The position numbers and the translations under genes are program-made. A stretch of 64,000 nt of DNA from Lama guanicoe (Eukaryota): contig MU053379.1 of NCBI GenBank assembly GCA_013239625.1, forward strand, positions 2,648,866 to 2,712,865, read 5' to 3'. Shown here piece after piece: positions 50,175-62,599 of the stretch. The notes beneath the pieces were generated by a model. The model saw nothing but the letters and a program-made list of their open reading frames with translations. It had not been told where the DNA came from and searched no databases. Positions within the stretch are counted from its first letter, which is position 1; every line of letters begins with the position of its first letter.

Positions 50175-50336
50175 TCTACTTATTTTATTAAAAATTTTTA
50201 AAATTTATTTATCTTTTGTTGGGGGGAGGTAATTAGGTTTATTTATTTATTTATTCCTTAATGGAGGTGCTGGGGATGGAACTCAGGAACTAGTGCATGC
50301 TAGGCATGCACTCTACCACTGAGCCACACCCTCCCC
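50175..50336 (-). mobile_element. tRNA-derived SINE, Vic-1-like, inserted in old L1
   Basis: Same core and tail. atctctgcatt on both sides as TSD. Confidence 0.88.
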
Positions 50337-52338
50337 ATATCTCTGCATTTTAATTGATGTATTTAGACCATTAGTATTTAATGTAATTATTCATGTGGTT
50401 AGATTTAGGCCTACCATCTTATTTGTTTACTGTCTCCACTGTTTTTTCTTATTCTATTCCCCTTTACCTACTTTTTAAAAAATTAAGAGTATTTTCAGTA
50501 TTCAATTTCAACTAGCTTTTTAACTATATCTTATTTTATGTTTTAGTGGTTGCTCTATGGATATAATATACATCAGTAGTCTTTCGTATTCTCATTGGAG
50601 TTAATATTGTACCATTTCACCTAAAATATAAAAACCATATACTTATACCAGCCCCTTCTCCCTAGAAATCCCTTTCTCTTACAGTTGCCATGTATATTAT
50701 TTCCACACACATTGAAAAACCAACAAAACAGTATTATAATTTTTGTTTTAAACAATCATGTATATTTTAAAGAACTTAAGAAGAAAAATAGACTTTTGTA
50801 TTTCCCCAGATATTTTCCAGTTTTATTGCTCTGTCTTCATTTCTGAAGATACAAGTTTCCCTTCCATGTAACTTCCCTTAACCCTGAACAACTTCCTGAA
50901 TCACCTACAGCAAGTCTGATTCTGTAGTCTTCTTCCATCTGCAAACATCTTCATTTTGCCTCCATTCTTAAAGAATATTTCCACTGGATATAGCGTCATG
51001 GCCTGCCAGTTGGCTTTTTTTTTTGTTTCCTTTCAGCACTTTGAAGATGTTTTTCCATCATCTTCTGACATCCATGAGTTTTGATTTTAAAAATCTGTGG
51101 TCACTCAAACCGCTGTTCCCCTGTGTGTAAAGTGGCATCTCCTCCTGGGTGCTTATACATCTTCTCTTTACCTTTGGTTTTCAGCAGTTTGATGCTGGGA
51201 GTTCTGTGTTTATTATGTCTCAAAGTATGCTTTCTTTGAGTTTATCTTGTTTGAGGTTCACTGAGCTTCTTGAATCTATATATTATGACTTTTACTAAAC
51301 TACCAAGTTCTTGGTCATTATTTCTTGTCTCATTCTTCCCTCCTCTCCTTCTGGGACTCTAGTTATGAATCCATTAGTGATTTTACTGTTGTCCCATGGG
51401 GCGTTAAGGCTCTGATCATTTGTTTCAAGAGACAAACTGGGTAGGTAGAAGAACTTTGTGGGAAATCTATTTTTGTATAGGTGGGAAAGGAGTGGAGGAG
51501 AGGGAAAAAGAGGAGTAGAGAGACAGGAAGATTCAGAGTTAGGGTCTCAGAGAAATACATCTTCCTGTGGTTATAAAATGGAAAGAATTTTAAGGAGATT
51601 CTAAAGAAGGAAGCTGCCTGGATGGGAGTAACTGGGACAGGATCAGACGTCTGAGTGAAAGGTGACAGGGAACAGGCGAGGGCCCTGCTGGCTCCCTGAG
51701 GGAGGGAGGAGGCCCTCCCAGGATGGCTGGTCTTAGCCCAGCGCTGTCCAGTGGCACTTTCCATGATGGCAGAAATGGTCCACATCCAATATGGTGGCTG
51801 CCACCACCACCTGTCGCTTCTGAGCATTTAAAATAGGCCACCACATCTGAGGGCCTGGGTTTTTAATTTTAATTTTAATTGTTAGATTTAAATGTACCTC
51901 GTCACCTGCGCCAGTGGCTATGGAAGGATCGTCCACAATTCATGCACAACCCCTGGGTGTGGAGAACGGGTGTGGAAGGGGTACCTCTGGCCCAGGGTGG
52001 CTGATTTCTGTACACAGTGGGACAAGTGAGGCAGGTAGAGCCGGCGTGGAGGGAAGGAGGGAGTACAGTTTCCACCAGCATGAGAAGGACTCATGTCAAA
52101 GGTTGGTTTTTAGCATGCTTTTAATTAGGTGGCAGACCACATTGAGGTAGAGATAAAAATGATTAACGCTATCTCAGTGATTTCAACGACAACTGAAGAC
52201 TTAAAAGCAGGTCACTTGGACTGCTTCAGTGACTTTCAGCATCAGTATGGAAGGTAGTGTACAGGTGAGCACGGGAAAGTGTTACAATCTGGGCGGAGGA
52301 AGGAGGCGGCGTGCAGAGTGGGCCCTTCTGTAGCCCGG

Positions 52339-52380
52339 GGCCCGGCACACGGCAGGGACCCGGCACAAGGCAGGGACCCC
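52339..52380. repeat. Short tandem repeat, about 2 x 18 bp
   Basis: cccggcacacggcaggga / cccggcacaaggcaggga. Confidence 0.8.
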
Positions 52381-52903
52381 ATAAATATTCGTCAAACACC
52401 CATCCACCCTCCCAGGGCAGGAATCTAGAAGGCAGGAGCCAGACCTGGTTGGTCCTGAGGCTGGTGGGGCTCTCGTCCTCTCGGGGCATCCTGTGGGGAC
52501 AGGCTTTCTGGGTTTAAAGGGCCGGGACTGGTGCCATCTGAAGACTCAAGACTGGATGAGGTGACCCCAAGGAGGAGCCTAGAGAGACCCAAGTGTCAGA
52601 CACTGGAGAGGAGAGTGGGAGGAGGCTGGGAAGGCGGGGAAAGTGGTGTCTCTGTGAACAGGGAAATGTGCTCTCGTGGGGGCGTGCCATCATCTGGCAT
52701 CCTCGCCACTGGTGATAAACAGTGACGTGCCTCAAGTGATCTTAATGTGTTCTTCATCCCGAAGGCACACACCGTTATGACATACTTTTAGCAGATTTGG
52801 GGGGTTTTGTGTGCCCCAAATAATAAGACAGAGACTACTGACACTCTTGGGAAGGCACACTGAAGAGTGACAACCAGAAACAATGTGACTGTTCACTCTG
52901 TAG

Positions 52904-53231
52904 GTGTTCTTCAGCTTCTGTGAGAAGAACGTGGATTACGAGACATTTAAAGCGTTCAACGACGCCTGCCTCGTCTATGACGGCCGACTTGTGATTGACG
53001 CCAGCTTCCACACCAACGACATAGCCATCAGGGCTGCCGGCCCCCTCACCAAATTCTCCAATAGATACTACTCCAATGAGTGGGCTCACAGCAGCTTCAA
53101 TTCCAAAGAGATTGGCTTCCAGCTGGCCGCAGCCATGCTCAGTCTCTTTGACCCGACCCTCGAGCCTGTGACCGAGCCGCCGGCTGACCTTGACCGACTC
53201 ATCCCCATGTACAAGGGAGCCAAGGTCAAAG
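52904..53231 (+). CDS. CFAP61: CFAP61 internal coding exon (328 nt, phase 0->1): VFFSFCEKNVDYETFK...LIPMYKGAKVK(G)
   Basis: Acceptor ctctgtag and donor G|gtgcgt. Coincides with ORF 52904..53239. Confidence 0.95.
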
Positions 53232-54278
53232 GTGCGTAATGGTCCACCTGCACATCCATCTGGTGAAGCCACTGGTTGGATCTGGATCCACCAGCCACCA
53301 TGTTTCTCGTAGGCATGGTGAGGAGGCCCCCCTGTCAGTGGGTTTGCACAGAGACAGAAGAGGGGTCCCTCTTCTTACTGTGGTCCTTTGCACTTTGAGC
53401 ATTTATGACGGACCATATATGAGATCATCGTGTTAACTCAGGATTGCTGTGTGTCTGGGAGGCGTGAGTTACCTTTGAAAATAGTGTCTTTGAACGTTGT
53501 GGACCTTCTGCCAGAAAGACGCACATATCTACAAAATTGTGTGTTGACTTCCAGAAGGTTGACAGACCAACCGCCAAAGCCATCTGTGGACCCCCTAGGG
53601 ACCCTGGTTCAGGAAACACAGCATCAGGCTAAGGGGACAGACGCCCTGCAGTTTCAGGCCTCGTGGTAGTCTTCCAGCTCAGTGGCCTCCGGGGCGTCCT
53701 GCTCCGCCTCTCACGCTGGGCGAGACCTTGGGCAAGGTGGTGGCTATGGGGAGGAAGACAGGGATGGGTGTCTGAGGCTGATTGGAGCGAGGCCAGGCCT
53801 GTCCTTCTGGGGCGAGCTGGAGATGTTAAGAATTTCAAAATAATAGTTTTCTAAAGCATTGAACGAGAACTTTGTTGATTTCCCGATTTTCCTGATTTAC
53901 CTTGTTAGTATTTTGGTCACATGTGGAGGCGGGTGGAGCACAGCAGAGCCACTGCAACTCTGCAGGCCACAGACTGGCTCCGGCAGGCGGAGGTCGGAGG
54001 GCTTGGAGTTACGGGCAACCAGGACACACAGGATCAGCGGGCTCGTCTTCCCGGCGCACTGCTGGCCGTGTCATGGGGTGTAATGGCACATTCACATTGT
54101 TTTATTAGACAAAATCAGTCCCAGAGAGTCCCTTGCTCGTGGCAGTTCTTCAGTGGGAAGGAGTGGGTGGTGTACCCGTGGTAGGCGTCTCTGATGGTCC
54201 TGGGGCAGAAATGTCAGCGCCTTTGCCCGTTTGCTGCCCGGCTGAGTTAAAATGTGACAACCTCGCTGTTTCCACTAG

Positions 54279-54370
54279 GAGGCGTTCTTCCCGGGTCTTA
54301 CCACTACCTGCACATTGCCAAGCCTGCCATCCCAACGCCCTTGGAGGTGCAAATGGCGCAGTCCGATTTT
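54279..54370 (+). CDS. CFAP61: CFAP61 internal coding exon (92 nt, phase 1->0): (G)GVLPGSYHYLHIAKPAIPTPLEVQMAQSDF
   Basis: Acceptor tttccactag and donor TTT|gtgagt. In phase; the correct frame is not in the ORF track. Confidence 0.93.
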
Positions 54371-54494
54371 GTGAGTATGGTTCCTGAATTTCATTTTACT
54401 TCCAAGTATAACACTTTGTTGGCGAGGGGGTGAAGTTCTTTTTCAATTCAGAGCTGTTAGTGTAATGTATGGGTTCACGTATCAGAAAGCCACA

Positions 54495-54940
54495 CAGTAC
54501 CCAGCCCCCCAAACGGCCCCCGATGAGTTCTGCCCCTTGGATTCATGTCCTTCTGTGGTCCCCTCCCATGCTGACTAGGACTGACCTGGGACTGCCAACA
54601 GGATATTGTGGAAATGACACAAGGCTAGGTCATGAGAAACATTATAGCTTCCAATCCCTTGTCATGAGGTCACCAGGCAGCCTTTGGAGAGGTCCACGTA
54701 GTGAGGAACGGAAGATTCCTGCACCAGCCATTTGCAGTTTGCCAGGCAGGCGAGGGAGTCCCCTTGTAAGTACATCCTCCAGCCCCAGGCAGGCTTTTCA
54801 GGTGATGCAGCCCCAGCTGACATCTTGACTCCAAATTTACATGAGATCGTAAGCCAGAATCCCCCAGCTAAGCCATTCCCAACTTCTGACTCCCAAACTG
54901 AGGCGATGAAAGTTTTTTGTCATTTTAAGCCACTGAGTGT
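54495..54940. mobile_element. MLT1 (MaLR) LTR
   Basis: ggagaggtccacgtagtgaggaac...cagccccagctgacatcttgact...ttttaagccactgag. Confidence 0.6.
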
Positions 54941-54944
54941 TTTT

Positions 54945-55525
54945 TAAATGGAATTTTATTTTTAGAGCAGTCTCAGGTTCACAGCCAAACTGAGAGGAAG
55001 GTACGGAGATTCCCATACACCCCCTGCCCCCACTCATGCACAGCTCCCCCGTAACCAGCAGCCCCCCCAGATGGCACATCTGGTTTCACTTAATACACCT
55101 GCACTGACGCATCATTATCGCCCAAAGTCCACAGTCCACATGAGGGTCACTCTTGGTGTTGGACATTCTGTGGGTTTGGACAAATGTGTAATGACATGTG
55201 TCCACCATGACAGCACCACACAGAGCAGTTTCGCTGCCCTAACATGCCCTGTGCGCCACCTGTTCATCCTTTCCTCCCTCCCCCACAGCGCCTGGCAGCC
55301 GCCGACCTTTTCACTGTCCCCATGGTTTTGCTTTTCCAGAATGTCGTGTTGTTGGAATCTGTGTAGTGGCCTTCTCAGATCGGCTTCTTCCACTTCATAA
55401 TTTGCATTTAAGTTCCTTCCATGTCTTTTCGTGGCTTAATAGCCCATTTCTTTTTAGCACTGTATAATATCCCACTGCCTGGATGGACCACAGTTTATTT
55501 ATCCATTTCTCCTACCGAAGGGCAT
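54945..55525 (-). mobile_element. Old L1 (L1MB/MC-like) 3' end
   Basis: ttttagagcagtctcaggttcacagccaaactgagaggaaggtac...tggatggaccacagtttatttatccatt. Confidence 0.75.
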
Positions 55526-57559
55526 TAAGCTGTTAAGTTTTGAGGTAACCTGAGATGCGGCAACAGATGACACTGATAACCGCCTCCGTGGCAACAGCAA
55601 GTGAATTTCTCCGGGTCTGGGATGTCTGTCCCGACCCCCCTGTCCCCCTGCCCTCCCTGCGCTACCCGGGAAGGGCCATGGAGGTAAAGCAGAAGCTGTG
55701 TGTGCTTGGGGGCTGGGGGGATGTCCCCTGGGTTCAGGGTGATTGGAAAGTTCACGGCGTGGTTCGTCAGCTGGCCAGCTCCTCAGCGAGGCTGTCTGAC
55801 TGAGGGACCAGACTGGTGTTTGCTGTCAGCCGGGGGTTTCCCTTCTGGTCTGTCGTGTTCACTTTCTTGTCAGTAGGGCAGACGCTGGAAGGCACCTCTT
55901 CCCTTGCCATTTTCTTACCCTGAGTATTTTAGAGGGTTAACAGTTTAACTTAAAATAAGCACAGTCCCCAGATTCCTTTGAGAGCGAGGTCTGCCATGTG
56001 GCAGTTAGTAGAAGCTGTTGGAACACTCCTTAAGGGGGAGGAGCAGACTTGAAATGCCCCAGGCTCTTGGGCCCCTCACCCTCTCCTTCTGGAAGTCAGA
56101 GTGCCAGCTTTCCCCTTGACTTCTCCTGGGCTTTGGACAGTTGGCAACCTCTCTGCATTCCTGGCATCATCAGAGGTCGCCTGCAAAGTAGCACTGCCTT
56201 CAAGGAAGAAACTAGTGACCCGTCAGTGGCGGCTGCTGTTAACGACGGCTCCAGACGAATAAGGAAACCTGGTTCTGCCAAGGGAAGGACGGATGCTGTG
56301 TGTTTGAAACTTACTTCCCTTGGGCCTTACGCGGACTCTTAGGTGTGCCTACACGCGTGGTCCGACGCACAGTGTTCTTACAGCTAAAGAAAGGACAGCC
56401 GTGAATGGTGCTGCAGTTTCTACTGCTGTGTAACAAAACTCAGCGACCGTCTGACTCTGCTCGTGGGTTCTGTGGGTTAGGAGTTTGGACGAGACACCGT
56501 GGGAATGGCTTGTTTCTGCTGCACAGCGTCTGGAGGTCGGCCGGGAAGGCTCGAGACTGGGGATGACCTGCTGGTCGGCTCGTCACCCGCCTGGGCTGGG
56601 AGGACTCAGCTCAGGGAGTGATGACCAGGGCGTCATGCCGGGGCTTCCTGCCGGCATGGCGGCCTCAGAGCGCTGAGACTCATCACGCGCCAGCTCAAGA
56701 CTCCGCGCGCCAGCGCCCCACTTGCGGGCTGGAAGCCCCCTGCCTCTGATGACCCAGCCTTGCAGGTCACAGAGCGTCACTTCCCGCACACCCTCTGTCG
56801 GGGCCCACCAAGCCCGCCCAGACTCAGAGGCGAGGACGCAGACCCCTGCCAGCGGGACGACGTCCAGGGGCCGTGTGATGGGGGTCTTGCGCCCGTCTTC
56901 GGAAAGCATAGTCTGCCACCCGTGCGGGGGCATTGGATCAACAGCACGGAGCCCCGAGGACGTGTTCAGAGGCTGAACGCTTGGCTCACTGCACATGAAT
57001 GCCCGGAACCCAACAGGTTCAAGAGCTAGGCAGTGTTGGATTTGCTTTTAGACGGAGCCGGGCTCTTCGAGGACAACGTGTGATTTCCGACAGGCAGTGC
57101 TATTTACCTAAGAACCTCTGGTTCTCTGTCCGAATAAAGTCAGAGGAGGAGCCGAAGGGGTTTTCGATAATGAGAGTTTAATAAGAGTGCAACTTAAATA
57201 GCTTCCTTGGCTGGGCTGTGACAGCGTTTGCGCGGGAGCCCTGGCGGCAATTAACCAGTTTGCCAGGCGGGCCTCCTTTTTAATTAGGACGGAAGCTCCA
57301 AACAGATTTCTTCCCATTTTATTCACCAAGAAAAAAATATCTGCAGGATGGTTCCATGGCAGTCTTCGGGGTTGGAGTTAATTTGATTAAGTAAAATTGT
57401 TGCCAAAATGGTCGGGCGGTCGCCTGAATACCGTCAGCTAGCCGAGGATGGAGCCCACGGGGCAGCGTTTCGCTAGAGAAAGCGAACTCCATTCCGGCAA
57501 CAGAGGTACTTAGCACAGGTGCGTCTCATCAGACTCCGTAGCCCTCGCTCACTGGGATT

Positions 57560-57690
57560 TTTTAAAACAATTTTGGGTGGGGGGGAATAATTAGGCTTCT
57601 CTGCTTATTTTTAGAGGAGGCACTGGGGATTGAACCCAGGGCCTCATGCAGGCTAAGCGCGCACTCTGCCGCTTGAGCCACACCCTCCCC
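57560..57690 (-). mobile_element. tRNA-derived SINE, Vic-1-like
   Basis: Core ggggattgaacccagggcctcatgcaggctaagcg. Imperfect TSD ctcactgggat / ctcgctgggat. Confidence 0.85.
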
Positions 57691-59949
57691 ACCTCGCTGG
57701 GATATTTAAGGGAGAAGATGCTTTGGTAATTCGTGAGGTAACCCGACAAAAGGAGGAGCGGGGACCCCTGCATAATAAACTAACCCACAGATTCCAGTCC
57801 ACATGCTTTGTTGGCTTATGCTCCATGGAATAAAGAAATTTGTCACAACAAACTCTGCCTTGGATACCATTAAATTTAAAATTGTGTGTCCTCATGGGAG
57901 CTGGGAACCTGGTTTCCTGCACACGGAGCCTGGCTACTCCTGGAGCTTCCATTTGGCATGAGTTCTGGAACCATGTTCCAATCTTTGTCAAAATCATAAA
58001 GGAACTGAAAAGGATAATTATATTCAGGAAATAAGGAAGGAGAAAAAAAACCACACACACCAGAACCAGTCACTCCGTCAGAATTTTAAAGTCAAGACCC
58101 AAATTTCCTAACAGTTTACTCGCATGCTTGAAATGAAGGAGGAATCTGGGCACATCCACAGAACGGGGACGCGTGTGAACCATCATCGTCCCCCCGGCCC
58201 CCCACCCGGGGAGGCAGGGCTGGAAGCCGCCCTGGGTCCTTGTGCAGTGGAGCGACTTTCTGTGAGGGTAAGTGGAAAGAGTCCTGGACTTCACTGAATC
58301 TTCCCCATCTGCCGGCGACGGTGACCAGGGATGACCCAAGAAACTTAGATAAGCCTGCCCGGCCCCGAGGGGTAACTTGGCTCTGAGAAACCCACCTAGA
58401 GGCAACTGGTCCTTCATGTCAGGGCAAAATTTCACAAAGCCACGTTCCCAGGATGGCCCCCTGGTTATGCTCACGTGGAGCCAGTTCCCGCTAATGTTGT
58501 CACAGCCATCCGCAGACTCCGGGGAGCTGTCGTCCCACAGTGTGGCTGCTCTCTGTGCCCTTCAGGTGCTAAAACAGGGGCAGGCAGCCCGAAGACTGAA
58601 ACTCAATCTTTAAAAGCAGGAACATCTCCACCCCAATCAGAAATGAGGCCGGCGACGCAGCCCCCGCAGAACAGGCCAGCCTTGGAGGGTAAGTGGGCTG
58701 AGGCTGTCAGCCAGCAGGCTGCAGGCCCCTCGGAGACTCGCCTAGACACCAGCCACGGTGTCCCAGGGCCCTTGTGTTGAGGGGCTCAGCATCCTCCAAA
58801 CCAGCCCTGAAAACAAGTGTCTGTGAGCAGAGGGCTGGATGGTCACGGAAACTCTTGGCAGAGTCAACAGTGTTGTCGGCCACGTGGGTCCATCTCGGGA
58901 GGTGCCCCTTTGATGCCTGAGTCTCCTTCCTTAGTCACTCAGCATAAAGAAATTTCAAAGAGGAGGAGGGGGCCAAGACCTTGTGGGACCTGCTCTCCAC
59001 TGAGCCCTGGGGGCACCAGGCCCTAAAGCCAGGCCAGAGCCGTGGCCAGTGCCGCCTCTCCCGAGCCCCCCACTGCCCTTCCAGTGAGGCCCCCTCCCCA
59101 GACACTCAACTCCTCCGTCAGGGCGCCCCTCACCACGACGGGGTCGGGGGCTCAGCCTAGGGCCGCTGGGGCCAAACGCAGACCGTGGACGCACCGTCAC
59201 TCTCCCAGCTCTGTGTGTCTTTAATTCAGAAACGGCACTTGCTGTGAGGAGCCACAAGCAAAGGTGCCCCTGGGGACCGTTCTGGGATGTCACGTGCCCC
59301 GCCCTGGGGAGGAATGTTCATTGCTCAGTCCAGGAAGCCAAGACATGAGGAGACACATCAGAATGGACGAGAGAATTACCTGTACCAAGAGCAGAGGGAG
59401 AGGGGATGGTCTGGGGGGCGAGGAGACGGGGTCTGTGGCCAGAGGCACGTGCTTCTCCACACAAGCCCCACCCTCCACACTAGACGCCCCCCTTTCCTTC
59501 CACCCTCCCTCTCTCCCTCCCTCCTTCCTTCCTCTTTGTTTCATTTCTCTATTTGCTCGTCAGAAGTCTGGTTCCTTGCCACAGCATAGCCACTGCATTT
59601 AAAAATAACTTTTTTAAATCATCTTAGAAGTGATAGTCATTTTTTTAAAAAAAGAAATTACAGAGAGTCAGATGAACAGAAAGAGAAACAATAAAAATGA
59701 CCCAGTCTCCCAACCCCAGAAAATGACCATTAACATTTTGTTAAAATGCTGATAGAGAAGCACGTAAACGATACCACGTAGTTTTATAAAGACAGAGTGA
59801 CAACTGTGCAAATGATAAACCATCGTACACCTGGGTCTGTACTCTGTGGTGTCAGATGCGCTGTGAGCATGTTTCCCTGTTGTGAGAGACAGTTTATCAG
59901 TCATCTCTGTTGGGTTCACTGCATCCCACTGGGTGGAGGTACCACTGTC

Positions 59950-60105
59950 TTTTTTTAAGTGGCAGTTTTTATTTATTTATTTATTTTGAGGAGGGGTAAT
60001 TAGGCTTGTTTATGTATTTTTTTTTTGATGGCGGTACTGGGGGTCAAACCTAGGACCTCATGCATGCTAAGCATGTGCCCTTCCACTGAGCTACACCCTC
60101 CCCCC
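59950..60105 (-). mobile_element. tRNA-derived SINE, Vic-1-like
   Basis: Same core. TSD gtaccactgt on both sides (59939 and 60108). Confidence 0.88.
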
Positions 60106-61390
60106 GTGTACCACTGTTTTGTTAGGTAACAGCTTACCACGTGCTTTTCTTAAACACTTCGCTGAGAAGGTAGGTTTCCTCTCTGGACCCACCCATCTCT
60201 ATGATGATGGACCTGGTGCACCTCCCCCGAGGCGCCATCCCCCACCCCTTCCTAAGCCATGCTTGTCCTGTCCCCCCATCTCGGGCACATCCTTGGGGCT
60301 GTCCCAGGACTCCCCTGACATCTACCTGCACATGCCACCTTGTGCCTCTGCCGTCGGCCGATTCCTCCTCGAGGCTTTGCCACGTGACACCCAAACACCC
60401 ACCAGGTGCTTCAGTTTACTCAAAGCTCCGGTTAAGCCGTGTGTCCTTGTTGAGACAAAGTCCCCAGGGAATGTCCAGGGCTGAGTAAATGTTGGGGATC
60501 AGTGCAGTCCAACTTGCCCGGGATTTCTAAATGCCACGTTCAAGTTCAGAGCGAAAGCTTAAATCTGCCTGCACTCAGGGGAGATGCTCTGAGCGCTGCG
60601 GGCACTGAGTTGAGAGTCAGGTCCAGCCGCCACCAGCCAAACCCACATTTGTCCCCAGAGGTTCTGTTTGCTCCTGGAGCCGGTGGGAAGCGTGTCTCCG
60701 CTCGGTCGGTCGCCCGCCATGGGGCTGAAATGGGAAAAGCGGTGGTAACGGGGAAGGCAGCGTACTTCCTTGTTGCCTGGGTCCACGTGACGGGTTAGCC
60801 AGCTCCCAGGAGACATAAAACCATGAATCTGCACCTTGAACCATCTACAAACTAATGAGTAACGCACAGAACCCGTGTGTACGCCTGTAAACCCGCGCCT
60901 TCCTCCCCGGAACAGAGAAACCGCCTCCAACCCAGCTGTCAGGGACTCAGCTTTCACTTGTTTCCTTTGCTTAAGTAACATTTTAAAAACTGGAATTCTT
61001 TTTGATCACCTTTACTAGGAGGTTTTTCTCAAAATGGTGCTGTGAAAAAAATTAGGGAAGTTACCAGCCTCAGGTCGCCTCGCCGCGTACTTGCTGCGTG
61101 AGGTGCTGGAGAAGGGGAATCGGTCGCAACCTAGCAACTGATTCAGAAACGTGGAGCGAGGCGACCACGGCGTAAACTATCCCCAGGAACGTTTAGTCTC
61201 TAAGTCCGAACACATGGCTTCTGACACGCACTTGTCTTCAGCTGAGTTTAGTCAGTATCTATTGCTGTGGTCTGTGACAGGCGCTAAGACCTACGCTGTC
61301 GGTTACATTTGAAAAATAAATTGCTATGATGAAGTTCCCAACGTCCAGCAGTGCTTCTAACGCTCTTCTTCTGATCCACTCCCCCGCCAG

Positions 61391-61596
61391 GGTGTAGAAA
61401 TAGTAACAGGCAACGCGAAAGGTGGGAATTACTTCCGGATCCACATCAACAGGTATAAGATGGTGGAGACCATCACGTGCCTCTCGAAAGTGCCCTTCCC
61501 TGCCGCCAACTACATCCGCCTGTTTGGCCAGCACGAGCAAGCCCTCAACAACCTGTGCGCTCGGTACGAGGAAGGGCTGGTCCCCGACCTCTACAG
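61391..61596 (+). CDS. CFAP61: CFAP61 internal coding exon (206 nt, phase 0->2): GVEIVTGNAKGGNYFRIHINRYKMVETITCLSK...YEEGLVPDLY(S)
   Basis: Acceptor ctcccccgccag and donor AG|gtaagc. In phase; the correct frame is not in the ORF track. The gene continues beyond the window. Confidence 0.94.
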
Positions 61597-62406
61597 GTAA
61601 GCAGACGCCGCGCGATAGAGGGGAGAGGCAGGCACGGAGGATGCTCGTGAGTGAGGGTGTGCGGGCGGCGCACCAGATCCCGGGGAGAAGCCAGGGTGCC
61701 AGAGATTTTGTTCTAAGGAGCGAAGGCTGTGAGACCACCGGCCCCGGCCCCGGCCCCGGGGCGTCCTCACCCGGCCCCACAAGCAGCTGGTCCTGGTGGG
61801 AATTCCGCACCCACGGACTGGCTGGCTGTGACCGCAGCCTCCTTCCTCGCGCTTCCCTCCGCTCAAGCAGAGGGGGCAACCGTTCGCCTAAAAAAAAAAA
61901 AGATTGTGAAGGGAATTCTGCTTCAGCAGTTTGATCAGACTGGGTGATCTAGGTCCCGGCTTTTTCCAGTTTGAAGACGCTCTTTCTTCCCGTACCTCTA
62001 GGAAGCCTAGAACTTGAGAGTAGAAAGCCACTTCTGATACCGTCTGCTGCTTAGAAAGGCTACGAGAATTTCCCTTTGTCCACAAGACAAGATGGTGGCA
62101 GCCAGGAAGCAGACGTAGGTGTAGGTGTCTTAGAATTCCAGGGTCTTCGGTCCACATGGGGGAGGCTGCCGGGGTCAGAAGCAATCTCTCTTCCCTCTTA
62201 AAAATGGTTTTAAATTGTAGAATACATCATATAAACAGAAAAGCACATGAAGCATGTGTGTGCCCTGTGAAGGATAAAGGCACTGGAAACTGGTGTGCCT
62301 GACACCTGCCGTAAGGAGGAACTCCTTACATAGAGCCCACCCCCTCCTTGGAGGAAACCACTGTCCTGCAGTTTGGGTTAATCGTTCCCTTTCTTCCCCG
62401 CAAAGC

Positions 62407-62592
62407 AGAGATGAGCAAACTTTGTGTGTAAAGGGCCAGGTGGTGACCATTTCCAGCTCGGTGGGCTGCAGGTTGTCGGTCGCAAGCCCTCAGCTCTGCC
62501 GCTGGGCTGTGAAAGACACGATACGTAACCGACGGGCAGCCGTGGCCGCGTCCCAGGAACTCTGTGCTGAGGCGGGCAGCGGCCGAGCCTGG
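62407..62592. mobile_element. MER58A-like MITE, GC-shifted
   Basis: gcaaactttgtgtgtaaagggccaggtggt..., colinear with the 37.5 kb copy. Confidence 0.65.
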
Positions 62593-62599
62593 TTTTAAA

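Larger units (their letters stand above)
48650..51420 (-). mobile_element. Ancient L1M antisense block, interrupted by an MLT1 LTR and a Vic-1 SINE
   Basis: T-rich sequence with L1 antisense motifs (tttctgatttaatgccattgtgatcagag, gtggaattttctatttctccc, tttcagcactttgaagatg). Confidence 0.75.

Noticed and set aside
52835..53272. 145-aa minus-strand ORF (likewise 61259..61879 and 25848..26180)
   Set aside because: Antisense shadow of a GC3-rich CFAP61 exon.
54276..54281. NAGNAG acceptor tagGAG
   Set aside because: A distal GAG is a poor acceptor, and its use would remove only one Gly.
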